Of a stretch of 64,000 nucleotides of DNA, positions 7,963 to 15,992 are shown in pieces. Every line of letters starts with the position of its first letter. Positions within the stretch are counted from its first letter, which is position 1. A program made the position numbers and the translations under genes. The notes beneath the pieces are model-generated. The model searched no databases, was not told where the DNA came from, and saw only the letters and a list, made by a program, of their open reading frames with translations. This stretch comes from Anaerolineae bacterium (GTDB lineage Bacteria > Chloroflexota > Anaerolineae > B4-G1 > DUEL01), in contig JANXCY010000004.1 of NCBI GenBank assembly GCA_025060135.1, positions 34,341-98,340 on the forward strand, given 5' to 3'.

Positions 7963-9084
7963 TTATCGTCGTCGGGGTAAGAGAGCCGGATACGCGGTAA
8001 CCAGCCGGTAGGCCTCTTCCAGGTCCTGCCGGGTCAGCAGGCCCAGGAAGATGCCTCCATCCACCACCGGCACCGCTTCGGCTCCGCTCTCGCTGATGCG
8101 CTGCTGGACGTCAAACAGGTCATCGTCCGGGCCAACGACTAGGAACTCCGGTTCCATGACCTGACGGATAGCAATCTGCGGCCCATGCTCTTTGAGTCCC
8201 CGTAGGACACCGGTACGGGTCAACATGCCCACAACTCGTCCCTCTTCGCAGACGGGGAAATCGGACTGGAAGCCCTCTAACATCAGGTCCGCCGCATGGC
8301 CCAACGGGTCTTCTGGATGGACGACCTGAGGGGAATGGGAATAGACCTGGCGGACTCGCAGTCCAGCCAGGGCCGTCCGGAGTTGCACCAGGTGTCCCTC
8401 CTGAGTGGCGCCGGAATAGACAAAGAGGGCCACCAGGATGAGCAGAACGTCCCGGCTGAGGAGGCCCAGTAACCCCAGCATCCATGCCAGGGCCTGTCCC
8501 ACCCGGACGGCCAGCGCGGTGGCGCGGCCATAGGGCATCACCGTGGCCAGGATGGCCCGCAGCACCCGCCCCCCATCCATCGGGAACGCCGGAAGGAGAT
8601 TGAAGCCCGCGAGAAAGAGATTGGTGATCGCCAAATAGGGGAGCAGGTATGACCAGGAGAGGGGCCCGGACGAAGAGAGAGAACGTAGGAAATCCGTCCA
8701 TATCCGTAGGGGAAAGAGGAACACCGTCAGCAGGGCCAGCCCGACGCCAATCACCCCGCTGGTAACCGGACCAGCCAGCGCCATCAACAGTTCCTGGTAG
8801 GGGCGTTCGGGCAGCCGTTCCATCTGGGCCACGCCGCCCAAAGGGAGCAGAGTGATTTCAATAACGCGGCCGCCGAACTGGATGGCCAGCAGGCTGTGGG
8901 CCAATTCGTGGAGGACAACGCAAAGGAAGAGCAAAAGGGTTACCACCACGCCGAACAGAGCTCCTTGGCCCACGTGGGTCTGCCCGCGCCCGAACTGGAC
9001 GGCCGCCCAAAGGAGAACCAGGGGAAAGGTGATGTGGACCCGGACCGGGATACCTTGAATGGTGATCAGTTTCAGGGAACCCAC
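7963..9084 (-). CDS. Site-2 protease (peptidase M50) with tandem CBS domains.
   Basis: It has HELAHSL (HExxH), multiple TM helices, a later NLLPAFPMDGG motif and a CBS pair at the C-terminus. I prefer the GTG at 9084 (AAGGA sits 7 nt upstream) over the track's TTG at 9102. Confidence 0.85.
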   Translation of the reverse strand: MGSLKLITIQGIPVRVHITFPLVLLWAAVQFGRGQTHVGQGALFGVVVTLLLFLCVVLHELAHSLLAIQFGGRVIEITLLPLGGVAQMERLPERPYQELLMALAGPVTSGVIGVGLALLTVFLFPLRIWTDFLRSLSSSGPLSWSYLLPYLAITNLFLAGFNLLPAFPMDGGRVLRAILATVMPYGRATALAVRVGQALAWMLGLLGLLSRDVLLILVALFVYSGATQEGHLVQLRTALAGLRVRQVYSHSPQVVHPEDPLGHAADLMLEGFQSDFPVCEEGRVVGMLTRTGVLRGLKEHGPQIAIRQVMEPEFLVVGPDDDLFDVQQRISESGAEAVPVVDGGIFLGLLTRQDLEEAYRLVTAYPALLPRRR

Positions 9085-9150
9085 GATACGTCCTTTCGTC
9101 AACGCTCCGGGCCGGCAGGTCCACCGGGCCGGAGGGTTTGTATCGGTATA

Positions 9151-9179
9151 ACTATAACATACTCCAGGCGGGGTGTCAA
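9151..9179 (-). promoter_or_regulatory. Sigma70-like promoter for the M50 protease gene.
   Basis: The reverse strand reads TTGACA - 17 nt - TATAGT. Confidence 0.45.
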
Positions 9180-9204
9180 AGGGAACCGAATGGGGACTGG
9201 GAGG

Positions 9205-10113
9205 TCAGTGCTGCCCCAGGCGGTCTCCCAGGAGGTTCGCGGCCAGGATCGTGAGGGTGAGGGCAGCACCGGGGAAAACCGCCGCCCAGGGCGCGTCCCG
9301 CAGATAGGCCCGACCCTCGGCCAGCATTGCTCCCCACTCCGGAACCCCCGGCGGGACACCCAGGCCCAGGAAGTGGAGCGCCGCTCCGTTGAGGAGCACC
9401 CAGCCCAGTTGCGTGGCGGCGAAGGCCAGGAGGGCCGGCGCGGTATTGGGCAGAATGTGGCGCAGGGCGATTCGCCAGGGGCTGGCCCCAATAGCCCGGG
9501 CGGCTTCGATATACGGCTGAGCACGGATCGCTCGCGCGGCCGCGCGGACGACGCGGGCATAGGGCGCGGCGGCCGCCAACCCCACCGCCACCGTTACCGA
9601 CGAAAGCCCCGGCCCCAGCACGGCCACTCCAGCCATTGCCAGCAGGAGGCCAGGGAACGCCAGCCAGGCATCCACCAGTCGCATCAGGAAACCGTCCAGC
9701 CAGCCCCCTGCGCTGCCCGCTGCCAGCCCCAGCGGCAGGCCGATGACCACCGCCAGGGTCAGTGCTCCAACGCCCATCCCCAGTGTCCAGCGCCCTCCCC
9801 AGAGCAGGCGCGCCAGTACATCCCGGCCCAAGAAATCGGTCCCCAACAGTCCCCCAGAGCCCGGGGGGAGCAACGCCCGGGAGGGATCCGTGGTGAGCGG
9901 ATCCACCGGTGTCAGGTATGGAGCCAGCATAGCCCCCAGTACGGCGGCTATCAGCCAGAGAAGGGAACACAGGACCAGCGGCTGACGCCTCAGGGGTCGG
10001 CGAGGAGAGACAGCCTGTAACGGGGGAATCGCCACCCCACAGAGCGCGCGGGCCAGCACATTCTGTTTTGGACAACCCAAATCTTGCTTCACGGCCTGAA
10101 TGTTGCCACGCAT
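9205..10113 (-). CDS. Peptide/nickel ABC transporter permease (DppC/OppC-like).
   Basis: It is multi-TM, has the conserved EAA-loop region ...YIEAARAIGASPWRIALRHILPN, and sits in the ABC operon. Confidence 0.85.
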   Translation of the reverse strand: MRGNIQAVKQDLGCPKQNVLARALCGVAIPPLQAVSPRRPLRRQPLVLCSLLWLIAAVLGAMLAPYLTPVDPLTTDPSRALLPPGSGGLLGTDFLGRDVLARLLWGGRWTLGMGVGALTLAVVIGLPLGLAAGSAGGWLDGFLMRLVDAWLAFPGLLLAMAGVAVLGPGLSSVTVAVGLAAAAPYARVVRAAARAIRAQPYIEAARAIGASPWRIALRHILPNTAPALLAFAATQLGWVLLNGAALHFLGLGVPPGVPEWGAMLAEGRAYLRDAPWAAVFPGAALTLTILAANLLGDRLGQH

Positions 10114-10195
10114 CTACACGAATTGCACGAATATAAAATTTCGAGAAAATTCGCGGCTCACTACCGTTTTCGTGAACGTTCGTGTCATTCGTGGC
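10114..10195. repeat. AT-rich 82-bp spacer between the two permease genes. It carries phased CACGAA/TTCGTG hexamers and a duplicated copy of the upstream gene's 3' end.
   Basis: CACGAA occurs at 10117 and 10126. TTCGTG occurs at 10169, 10179 and 10188, with spacings of 9-10 bp. ATTCGCGGCTCACTACCG (10149-10166) matches ATTCGTGGCTCACTGCCG (10187-10204), and the latter covers the permease stop codon. Confidence 0.7.
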
Positions 10196-11116
10196 TCACT
10201 GCCGCAAACGGGGGTCCAGCCAGACCTGGATGAGATCGGCCAGGAGGCCGGTCAGCAGATAGGCCAGAGCGCCCACCAGCACCACGCCCCGCACCACCGG
10301 TAGGTCCCGCCAGAGGATGGCCTGGACCGCCAGCCGTCCCAGTCCCTGGCGAGCAAAGACCGACTCGGTTACCACGGCGCCGCTCAGGAGAAACCCTAAC
10401 TGAAGAGCGACCACCGCCACAGCGGGCCCCAGCGCCGGGCGCAGGACATGCACCAGGAGGATGCGCCAGGGGGGAATTCCCCGGGCCAGCGCGGCCAGGA
10501 CATAGGGCATCCGGAGTGCCTCTACTACCTGTGCCCGTACCATCCGGGCCACCGAACCGGCCAGAGCAAATCCCAGCGTGGCCGTCGGGAGGACAAGATA
10601 AGGAAGGCCACCGCTCCCTGCCGAGGGGAACCAGCGCAGATGGAGGGAGAAAAGGAGAATGGCCAGCAGACCGGACCAGAACACGGGGGTAGAAAGGCCC
10701 AAGACGGCCAGCCCGGTGAGCAGAGCGTCCACCCAGGTCCCCCGATAGAGCGCGGCCAGAAGCCCCAGGACCACCCCCACCAGCGCGCCGAAGAGGGTCG
10801 CGGCCAGAGCCAGTTCGGCCGTCGCCGGGAGTTGCTCCAGAATCATGCGCCTCACGGAACGGCCGTGGAGCCACGAAACGCCCAGGTCGCCCCGGGCCAG
10901 ATCGGCCAGGTAGCGGACGTACTGGACAGGGAGGGGGTCATCCAGGCCCAGTTGAACCCGCCGGCGGGCCACCTCATCGGCGGAGGCACCCGAGGCGGCC
11001 AGCAACGTCTGGGCGGGATCGCCCGGTGTCAGGTGCATTGCCCCGAAGGCCAACGTCGCCGCCAGCCAGAGAACCAGGACCGCCTCCAGCAGACGCCGCA
11101 AACCGTATCCGAACAT
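10196..11116 (-). CDS. Peptide/nickel ABC transporter permease (DppB/OppB-like).
   Basis: From M41 of the track ORF it reads MFGYGLRRLLEAVLVLWLAATLAFGAMHLTPGDP, a typical DppB N-terminus. The longer start overlaps the SBP gene. Confidence 0.85.
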   Translation of the reverse strand: MFGYGLRRLLEAVLVLWLAATLAFGAMHLTPGDPAQTLLAASGASADEVARRRVQLGLDDPLPVQYVRYLADLARGDLGVSWLHGRSVRRMILEQLPATAELALAATLFGALVGVVLGLLAALYRGTWVDALLTGLAVLGLSTPVFWSGLLAILLFSLHLRWFPSAGSGGLPYLVLPTATLGFALAGSVARMVRAQVVEALRMPYVLAALARGIPPWRILLVHVLRPALGPAVAVVALQLGFLLSGAVVTESVFARQGLGRLAVQAILWRDLPVVRGVVLVGALAYLLTGLLADLIQVWLDPRLRQ

Positions 11117-11213
11117 CTCCCCAGGAGAGAGGGACGGGCGCTGGATCAGCGCCCGTCCCGAACGCCTCCTTGTTGCCTGGGATGGCACACCGCGAACGGT
11201 TCCTCCATCCGGG

Positions 11214-12779
11214 TTACCGCCGCAGGGTAACATCAATCAGCCAGGGGAACCACCCCCGGGCGTCAAACCGCAACCCCTGCACCCGATTGCTCACCCCATT
11301 CAGGTTGACATAGTCCCGGATGGGGATGATCAGCGCGGATTCCATCACCCGGTCCTGGACTTTGGCGTAGAGGTCGGCCCGCCGGTTCCGGTCGGAGACC
11401 CGGGCCCCCTCTTCCAGCCACCGGTCCATCTCCGGGTCGTTCACTTTAGACCAGTTGAACCCGCCCTGGGAATGGAAGAATCGGCGCAGGATGTCCGGGT
11501 CGCTACCGGAGAGGTTGAAGGGCATCAGGTGGTGGCGGCCCTCTTTGGCAATTTCCAGTGCCTCGGGGTAACTCACCACCTGGCTCTGGACCCGCACCCC
11601 CAGCCGGGCCCACTGGTCGGCGATCAACTGCCCGACCTCGGGCATGTAGCCCCAGCCCATCAGGTAGAAATCCAGGACCAGCGGCTGGCCGTCCTTATCC
11701 CGGACGCCATCTCCATCGGTATCCTTCCAACCGGCTTCCTCCAGGAGCGCGGCGGCCTGGTCGGGGTTATACGGTTGGTAGAATTGGCAGACCATCGGGT
11801 TGTAGCCGAAGGTGGCCGCCGCCAGCGGCCCGCAGGCCACCGGTGAGGTATCCCGGAAGACGGCGGAGATGATGGCCTTCCGGTCGGTGCCGAAGAGGAG
11901 GGCCTGCCGGACGTTGATGTCGTCCAGGGGTGAACGGGTCGTGTTCATAAAGAGCATCAGCGAGACCCCCGGAATGGCCACCGCCTCAATCCGGAAGTCC
12001 GCGCTCCCCTGGAGACGGGCCGCGTCCTGCGGGGGAATCTCGCCCATCACGTCCGCCGCCCCCGACTCCAGTGCCGGAGATCGGGTGGCCGGGTCGGTGA
12101 AGAAGCGGAACTCCACTTCCTCCAGTTGGGCCGTCCGGTGCTGGTAGACGGGCGGCCCCCAGGCGTAGTTGGGGTTGCGCCGCAGGAGCAGGTGGTCGCC
12201 TGGGACATATTCCACGAAGATGAACGGCCCCGTGCCCACCTGATGCAACTGGTACTCGCTTCCCCATTGCTGCACCGCTGTCGGGGAAGCCATGGCCAGG
12301 TAGACCTGGCTCAGCGAGTCCAGAAGGGGCGCGAAGGGCTCCCTGAGGATGATGCGGACGGTGTACTCGTCCACCACCTCCGTCCGCTCGTAGGGCCCCA
12401 GCATAAAGCGGGCTCGCTGGGAGGCCAAGTCGGGGCTGACGATACGCTCCAGGTTGAAGCGCACCGCCTCGGCATTGAAGGGGGTGCCGTCGTGGAACTT
12501 CACCCCCCGGCGCAGGTAGAACGTATAGACTTTGCCGTCCTCCGAGACCTCCCACTGCTGGGCCAATCCGGGCACGAATTCCCCCGTCTTCGGGTCCTGG
12601 TAGACCAGGGTATCGTAGACGGAAGTGAGAGGGATGCCCAGTTCGGACGAGGCGTTGATGTGGGGGTCAATCCCGGAGGGGGCCAGGGTGAGGCCGTAGA
12701 CGATCCGGCCTCCCGGTTGGGGCGTGCAGCCTGTTGCCAGTGCCGCCGCCACCAGCAGTACCAGCAGCCGACGACGCAT
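11214..12779 (-). CDS. ABC transporter substrate-binding protein, family 5 (peptide/nickel), lipoprotein.
   Basis: It has the lipobox MRRRLLVLLVAAALATGC and a length and pattern typical of SBP_bac_5 (...VKFHDGTPFNAEAV...). Confidence 0.9.
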   Translation of the reverse strand: MRRRLLVLLVAAALATGCTPQPGGRIVYGLTLAPSGIDPHINASSELGIPLTSVYDTLVYQDPKTGEFVPGLAQQWEVSEDGKVYTFYLRRGVKFHDGTPFNAEAVRFNLERIVSPDLASQRARFMLGPYERTEVVDEYTVRIILREPFAPLLDSLSQVYLAMASPTAVQQWGSEYQLHQVGTGPFIFVEYVPGDHLLLRRNPNYAWGPPVYQHRTAQLEEVEFRFFTDPATRSPALESGAADVMGEIPPQDAARLQGSADFRIEAVAIPGVSLMLFMNTTRSPLDDINVRQALLFGTDRKAIISAVFRDTSPVACGPLAAATFGYNPMVCQFYQPYNPDQAAALLEEAGWKDTDGDGVRDKDGQPLVLDFYLMGWGYMPEVGQLIADQWARLGVRVQSQVVSYPEALEIAKEGRHHLMPFNLSGSDPDILRRFFHSQGGFNWSKVNDPEMDRWLEEGARVSDRNRRADLYAKVQDRVMESALIIPIRDYVNLNGVSNRVQGLRFDARGWFPWLIDVTLRR

Positions 12780-12813
12780 GGTTCACCTCCCATCAGGGTA
12801 GGATTCTAGGAAG

Positions 12814-12841
12814 ATTATACCACATTCACTGCCTCTGACCA
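12814..12841 (-). promoter_or_regulatory. Extended -10 promoter for the ABC operon.
   Basis: The reverse strand reads TGGTCA - 16 nt - (TGG)TATAAT. GGGAGGTG lies upstream of the ATG at 12779. Confidence 0.45.
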
Positions 12842-12867
12842 GCGCGGGATTTCGGGAACGGTCGGGT

Positions 12868-12895
12868 TTGACGGATTTCCCATTTGTGCTATACT
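12868..12895 (+). promoter_or_regulatory. Sigma70-like promoter for the HNH-nadD unit.
   Basis: TTGACG - 16 nt - TATACT, with GGAGGA 6 nt before the ATG at 12919. Confidence 0.45.
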
Positions 12896-12918
12896 TGTAA
12901 CAAGCACGGAGGACAGGG

Positions 12919-13422
12919 ATGAACCGGCCGGTACTGGTGCTGAACGGGAACTACGAGCCTCTGCATGTCTGCACGACGAAGCGGGCCATGGGGCTAATTC
13001 TCTCCGGGAAGGCCGTCGTGGTGGAGAACGGTCGGGGCTATATCCGAACCGTCTCCACGGTCTACGAGCGGCCGTCGGTCATTCGCCTGGTCTTCGTCGT
13101 GCGCCGGCCTGCGCCCCGCGTTCGTCTGACCAAGCGGGAGATTTTACGGCGGGATGAGTACCGCTGTCAGTACTGCGGCCGCGAAGTCGCCAATCTGACC
13201 ATCGACCATGTGGTCCCTCGCCACCGAGGGGGAGAGCACACCTGGGAGAACCTGGTGGCGGCCTGTCCTCAATGCAATCGGCGCAAAGGGAATCGCACGC
13301 TGGAAGAGGCCCGGATGACGCTCCTGAGGCCTCCTTTTGAGCCCCGCCCTACAGCCCGTTACCTTTTCAGCAACTACCTGCGGGATAACCAGGAATGGAT
13401 CAAATACATTGAAGGGTGGTGA
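12919..13422 (+). CDS. HNH endonuclease family protein.
   Basis: CQYCGREVANLTIDHVVPRHRGGEHTWENLVAACPQCNRRKGN is a full HNH/zinc-finger signature. Confidence 0.85.
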   Translation: MNRPVLVLNGNYEPLHVCTTKRAMGLILSGKAVVVENGRGYIRTVSTVYERPSVIRLVFVVRRPAPRVRLTKREILRRDEYRCQYCGREVANLTIDHVVPRHRGGEHTWENLVAACPQCNRRKGNRTLEEARMTLLRPPFEPRPTARYLFSNYLRDNQEWIKYIEGW

Positions 13423-14023
13423 GTCCCTTCGTTTTGGAATCCTGGGCGGCACGTTTGATCCTCCTCACTACGGTCATCTGGCCCTGGCGGAGACGGCGCG
13501 CGTACAACTGGGGCTGGCCCAGGTGCTGTTTGTCCCAGCCGGTGATCCGCCTCACAAACCCGGTGGCCCGATCACTCCGGCGGTCCACCGGGCCGCCATG
13601 GTGGAGGCCGCCATCGCCGACAATCCCGCTTTCGTCCTCTCCCGCGTCGATCTGGACCGGCCTGGCCCTCATTACACCGTAGAGATGCTGGCCCTGCTGA
13701 AGAGACAGTTGGACGGAGCGCAGTTCTACTTTTTAATGGGAAGCGACAGCCTGGTGGAGTTCCCCACCTGGCGCGACCCGGGGGGAATTCTCCGCCAGGC
13801 AACGCTGGGAGTGATGGAACGGCCCGGCTGGCCTGTGGACCTCCACGCCCTGGAGCAACAGGTGCCTGGCCTTCGGGCACGAGTGGTCTGGCTGGACGCG
13901 CCCCGCCTGGACCTTTCGGCCAGCGACCTGCGGCGACGGGTGCGAGAGGGTTTGCCGGTCCGCTACCTGGTCCCTCCAGCGGTGGAAACCTATATCCGAG
14001 AGCACCGACTGTATCGCCCTTAA
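13409..14023 (+). CDS. nadD: Nicotinate-nucleotide adenylyltransferase.
   Basis: It contains GILGGTFDPPHYGHL (the (H/T)xGH motif). I chose the in-frame TTG at 13409; the track start at 13337 lies deep inside the HNH gene. Confidence 0.85.
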   Translation: MKGGESLRFGILGGTFDPPHYGHLALAETARVQLGLAQVLFVPAGDPPHKPGGPITPAVHRAAMVEAAIADNPAFVLSRVDLDRPGPHYTVEMLALLKRQLDGAQFYFLMGSDSLVEFPTWRDPGGILRQATLGVMERPGWPVDLHALEQQVPGLRARVVWLDAPRLDLSASDLRRRVREGLPVRYLVPPAVETYIREHRLYRP

Positions 14024-14083
14024 CCGGCTGGAGGGCAGGTTTCGGGTGTCCCGGTAGCCATCACCTCCCCCTTGGAGAGGACC

Positions 14084-15226
14084 ATGCCTGCGAAAATTCT
14101 GATCGTAGAAGACGACCTGGAAAGCCTGAAACTGATCGGGCTGATGCTCCAGAATCGGGGGTATCAGATCATCGCCGCCCAGAACGGTCCCCAGGCGCTG
14201 AGCAAAGCCGTCAACGAGTCTCCCGACCTGGTTCTACTGGATGTTATGATGCCCGGGATGGATGGGTATGAGGTGGCCCGGCGGCTGCGCGCCGACGCCC
14301 GCACTGCCTCCCTTCCCATCATTATGCTTACTGCCCGGGGACAGGTTACCGACAAGGTGGCCGGGTTTGAGGCTGGGGCCGACGAATACCTGGTCAAGCC
14401 CGTCCATCCGGCGGAACTGGTTACCCGAATAGAGGCGCTACTGGCACGCTCTGCCCGCCTGGGACCACCGGTTCACGTCCCGCGCGGCAAAAGCATCGGC
14501 TTTCTGGGTTGCAAGGGAGGCGTAGGAACCAGCACGCTGGCCGTCAACCTGGGAGTGGCGCTAATTCGGGGACCGGCATCCGGGAAAAGGGCCATTCTGA
14601 TTGACATCCGTACCGGTTCGTCCACCCTGGCTCTCCAGATGGGTCTGCGCCCTCAGCGGGGCCTCCAAGTCCTGGCAGAGCGGGACCCTGCTGGCCTGAC
14701 GGCGGACACCATCCTGACCCACGCCGACCGACATGCTACGGGAATGCTGGTTCTGGGTGGATTGCCGGAACCCTCGGGCGTTGTCCCATCGTTTACTCCG
14801 ACCCATGCCGAAGCCCTTGTGCGCGCTCTGGCCGGAGAACTGGACTACGTCCTGATAGATATGGGGACAGGGCTGGAAGAGGTGAACCGAACGTTGCTGC
14901 GCTTTCTTCACTACGTGGTCGTGGTGGTCGAACCCACCCGGCTCGGCTTGCTGTTGGCCCAGGGACTGTTGGGTATGCTGGACACCCTGGAAGTTGGCCG
15001 ACACCGCCAAGGTGTGGCGCTCGTCAACCGGGCACCCACATCTATGACGCCCGGCAAGGATACGGTGGAAGAGTTCTTAGGACGGGAAATCATCGGCATC
15101 ATTCCCCCCGCGCCGGAACTGGCCTTCCAGGCAGCGGAGCGGGGAGTGCCGATGGTGATGCTCCAGCCCGAAAGCGTGGTGGCGGTTCAATTCAACCACC
15201 TGGCTCAGTACATTGCCTCTCGATAG
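14084..15226 (+). CDS. Response-regulator receiver fused to a MinD/ParA-type (CpaE/TadZ-like) ATPase.
   Basis: The receiver reads KILIVEDD...DLVLLDVMMPGMDG...LTARG...KP. A deviant Walker A follows: GCKGGVGTSTLAVNL. The ATG at 14084 is preceded by GGAGAGG. Confidence 0.8.
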   Translation: MPAKILIVEDDLESLKLIGLMLQNRGYQIIAAQNGPQALSKAVNESPDLVLLDVMMPGMDGYEVARRLRADARTASLPIIMLTARGQVTDKVAGFEAGADEYLVKPVHPAELVTRIEALLARSARLGPPVHVPRGKSIGFLGCKGGVGTSTLAVNLGVALIRGPASGKRAILIDIRTGSSTLALQMGLRPQRGLQVLAERDPAGLTADTILTHADRHATGMLVLGGLPEPSGVVPSFTPTHAEALVRALAGELDYVLIDMGTGLEEVNRTLLRFLHYVVVVVEPTRLGLLLAQGLLGMLDTLEVGRHRQGVALVNRAPTSMTPGKDTVEEFLGREIIGIIPPAPELAFQAAERGVPMVMLQPESVVAVQFNHLAQYIASR

Positions 15227-15228
15227 CG

Positions 15229-15924
15229 ATGGCTGTACTCCCTCAGTTTGCTCACCCCTGGGACCTCTCTCCAGCCGAGGCTCGCGCCCTCCAGGAACGA
15301 CTGCGCGCCCAGGTACGGATAACTCCGCTGGCCACTCCGCCTCGCTGGGTCGCCGGGGTGGATGTGGGTATCCAGGACGACATCGCCCGTGCAGCAGTGG
15401 TGCTGCTCTCCTTCCCCGACCTGACTCCACTGGAGGCATCCACCGCCCAGGTGCCAGTCTCCTTCCCCTATATTCCCGGCCTGCTGGCCTTCCGGGAAGG
15501 TCCGGCGGTGCTGGAAGCGCTGGCGCAACTGAATGGTCAACCGGACGTTCTCCTTTTTGACGCTCAGGGGCTGGCCCATCCCCGCCGGATGGGCCTGGCC
15601 ACCCATATGGGCATTCTGCTGGACTGGCCCAGTATCGGCTGTGCCAAATCCCGCCTCTGGGGGGAACACGAGGAGCCCCCGCCCCAGCGGGGGAGTTGGG
15701 TACCGCTCTGGGACGGCGAAGAGGTCATCGGCGCTGTCCTGCGCACCCAGACGGGCGTCCAGCCCGTATATGTTTCTGTCGGCCATCGGGTGGACCTGGA
15801 GACCGCGATAGACCTGGTGCTGGCCTGCGCGCCGACCTGCCGGCTGCCGGAACCCATCCGCTGGGCCCACCGGGTGGCCAGTGGAGAGGCTCTCCCCACT
15901 GCCCGCCAGCCGACGCTGTTCTGA
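15229..15924 (+). CDS. nfi: Endonuclease V.
   Basis: VAGVDV...FPYIPGLLAFREGP...LLFDAQGLAHPRRMGLATHMG is the canonical Nfi pattern. Confidence 0.9.
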   Translation: MAVLPQFAHPWDLSPAEARALQERLRAQVRITPLATPPRWVAGVDVGIQDDIARAAVVLLSFPDLTPLEASTAQVPVSFPYIPGLLAFREGPAVLEALAQLNGQPDVLLFDAQGLAHPRRMGLATHMGILLDWPSIGCAKSRLWGEHEEPPPQRGSWVPLWDGEEVIGAVLRTQTGVQPVYVSVGHRVDLETAIDLVLACAPTCRLPEPIRWAHRVASGEALPTARQPTLF

Positions 15925-15992
15925 GTGGGGGATCCAGGATTTGCGACGGTGGCCCAGCCTCCTGCCGTCTCCACCTTACTACTGGGAGTGGT

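Noticed and set aside
6577-7980. A 467-aa + strand ORF.
   Set aside because: It is antisense to prmA and the patatin gene, both of which have unambiguous motifs. Its composition is that of an artefact.
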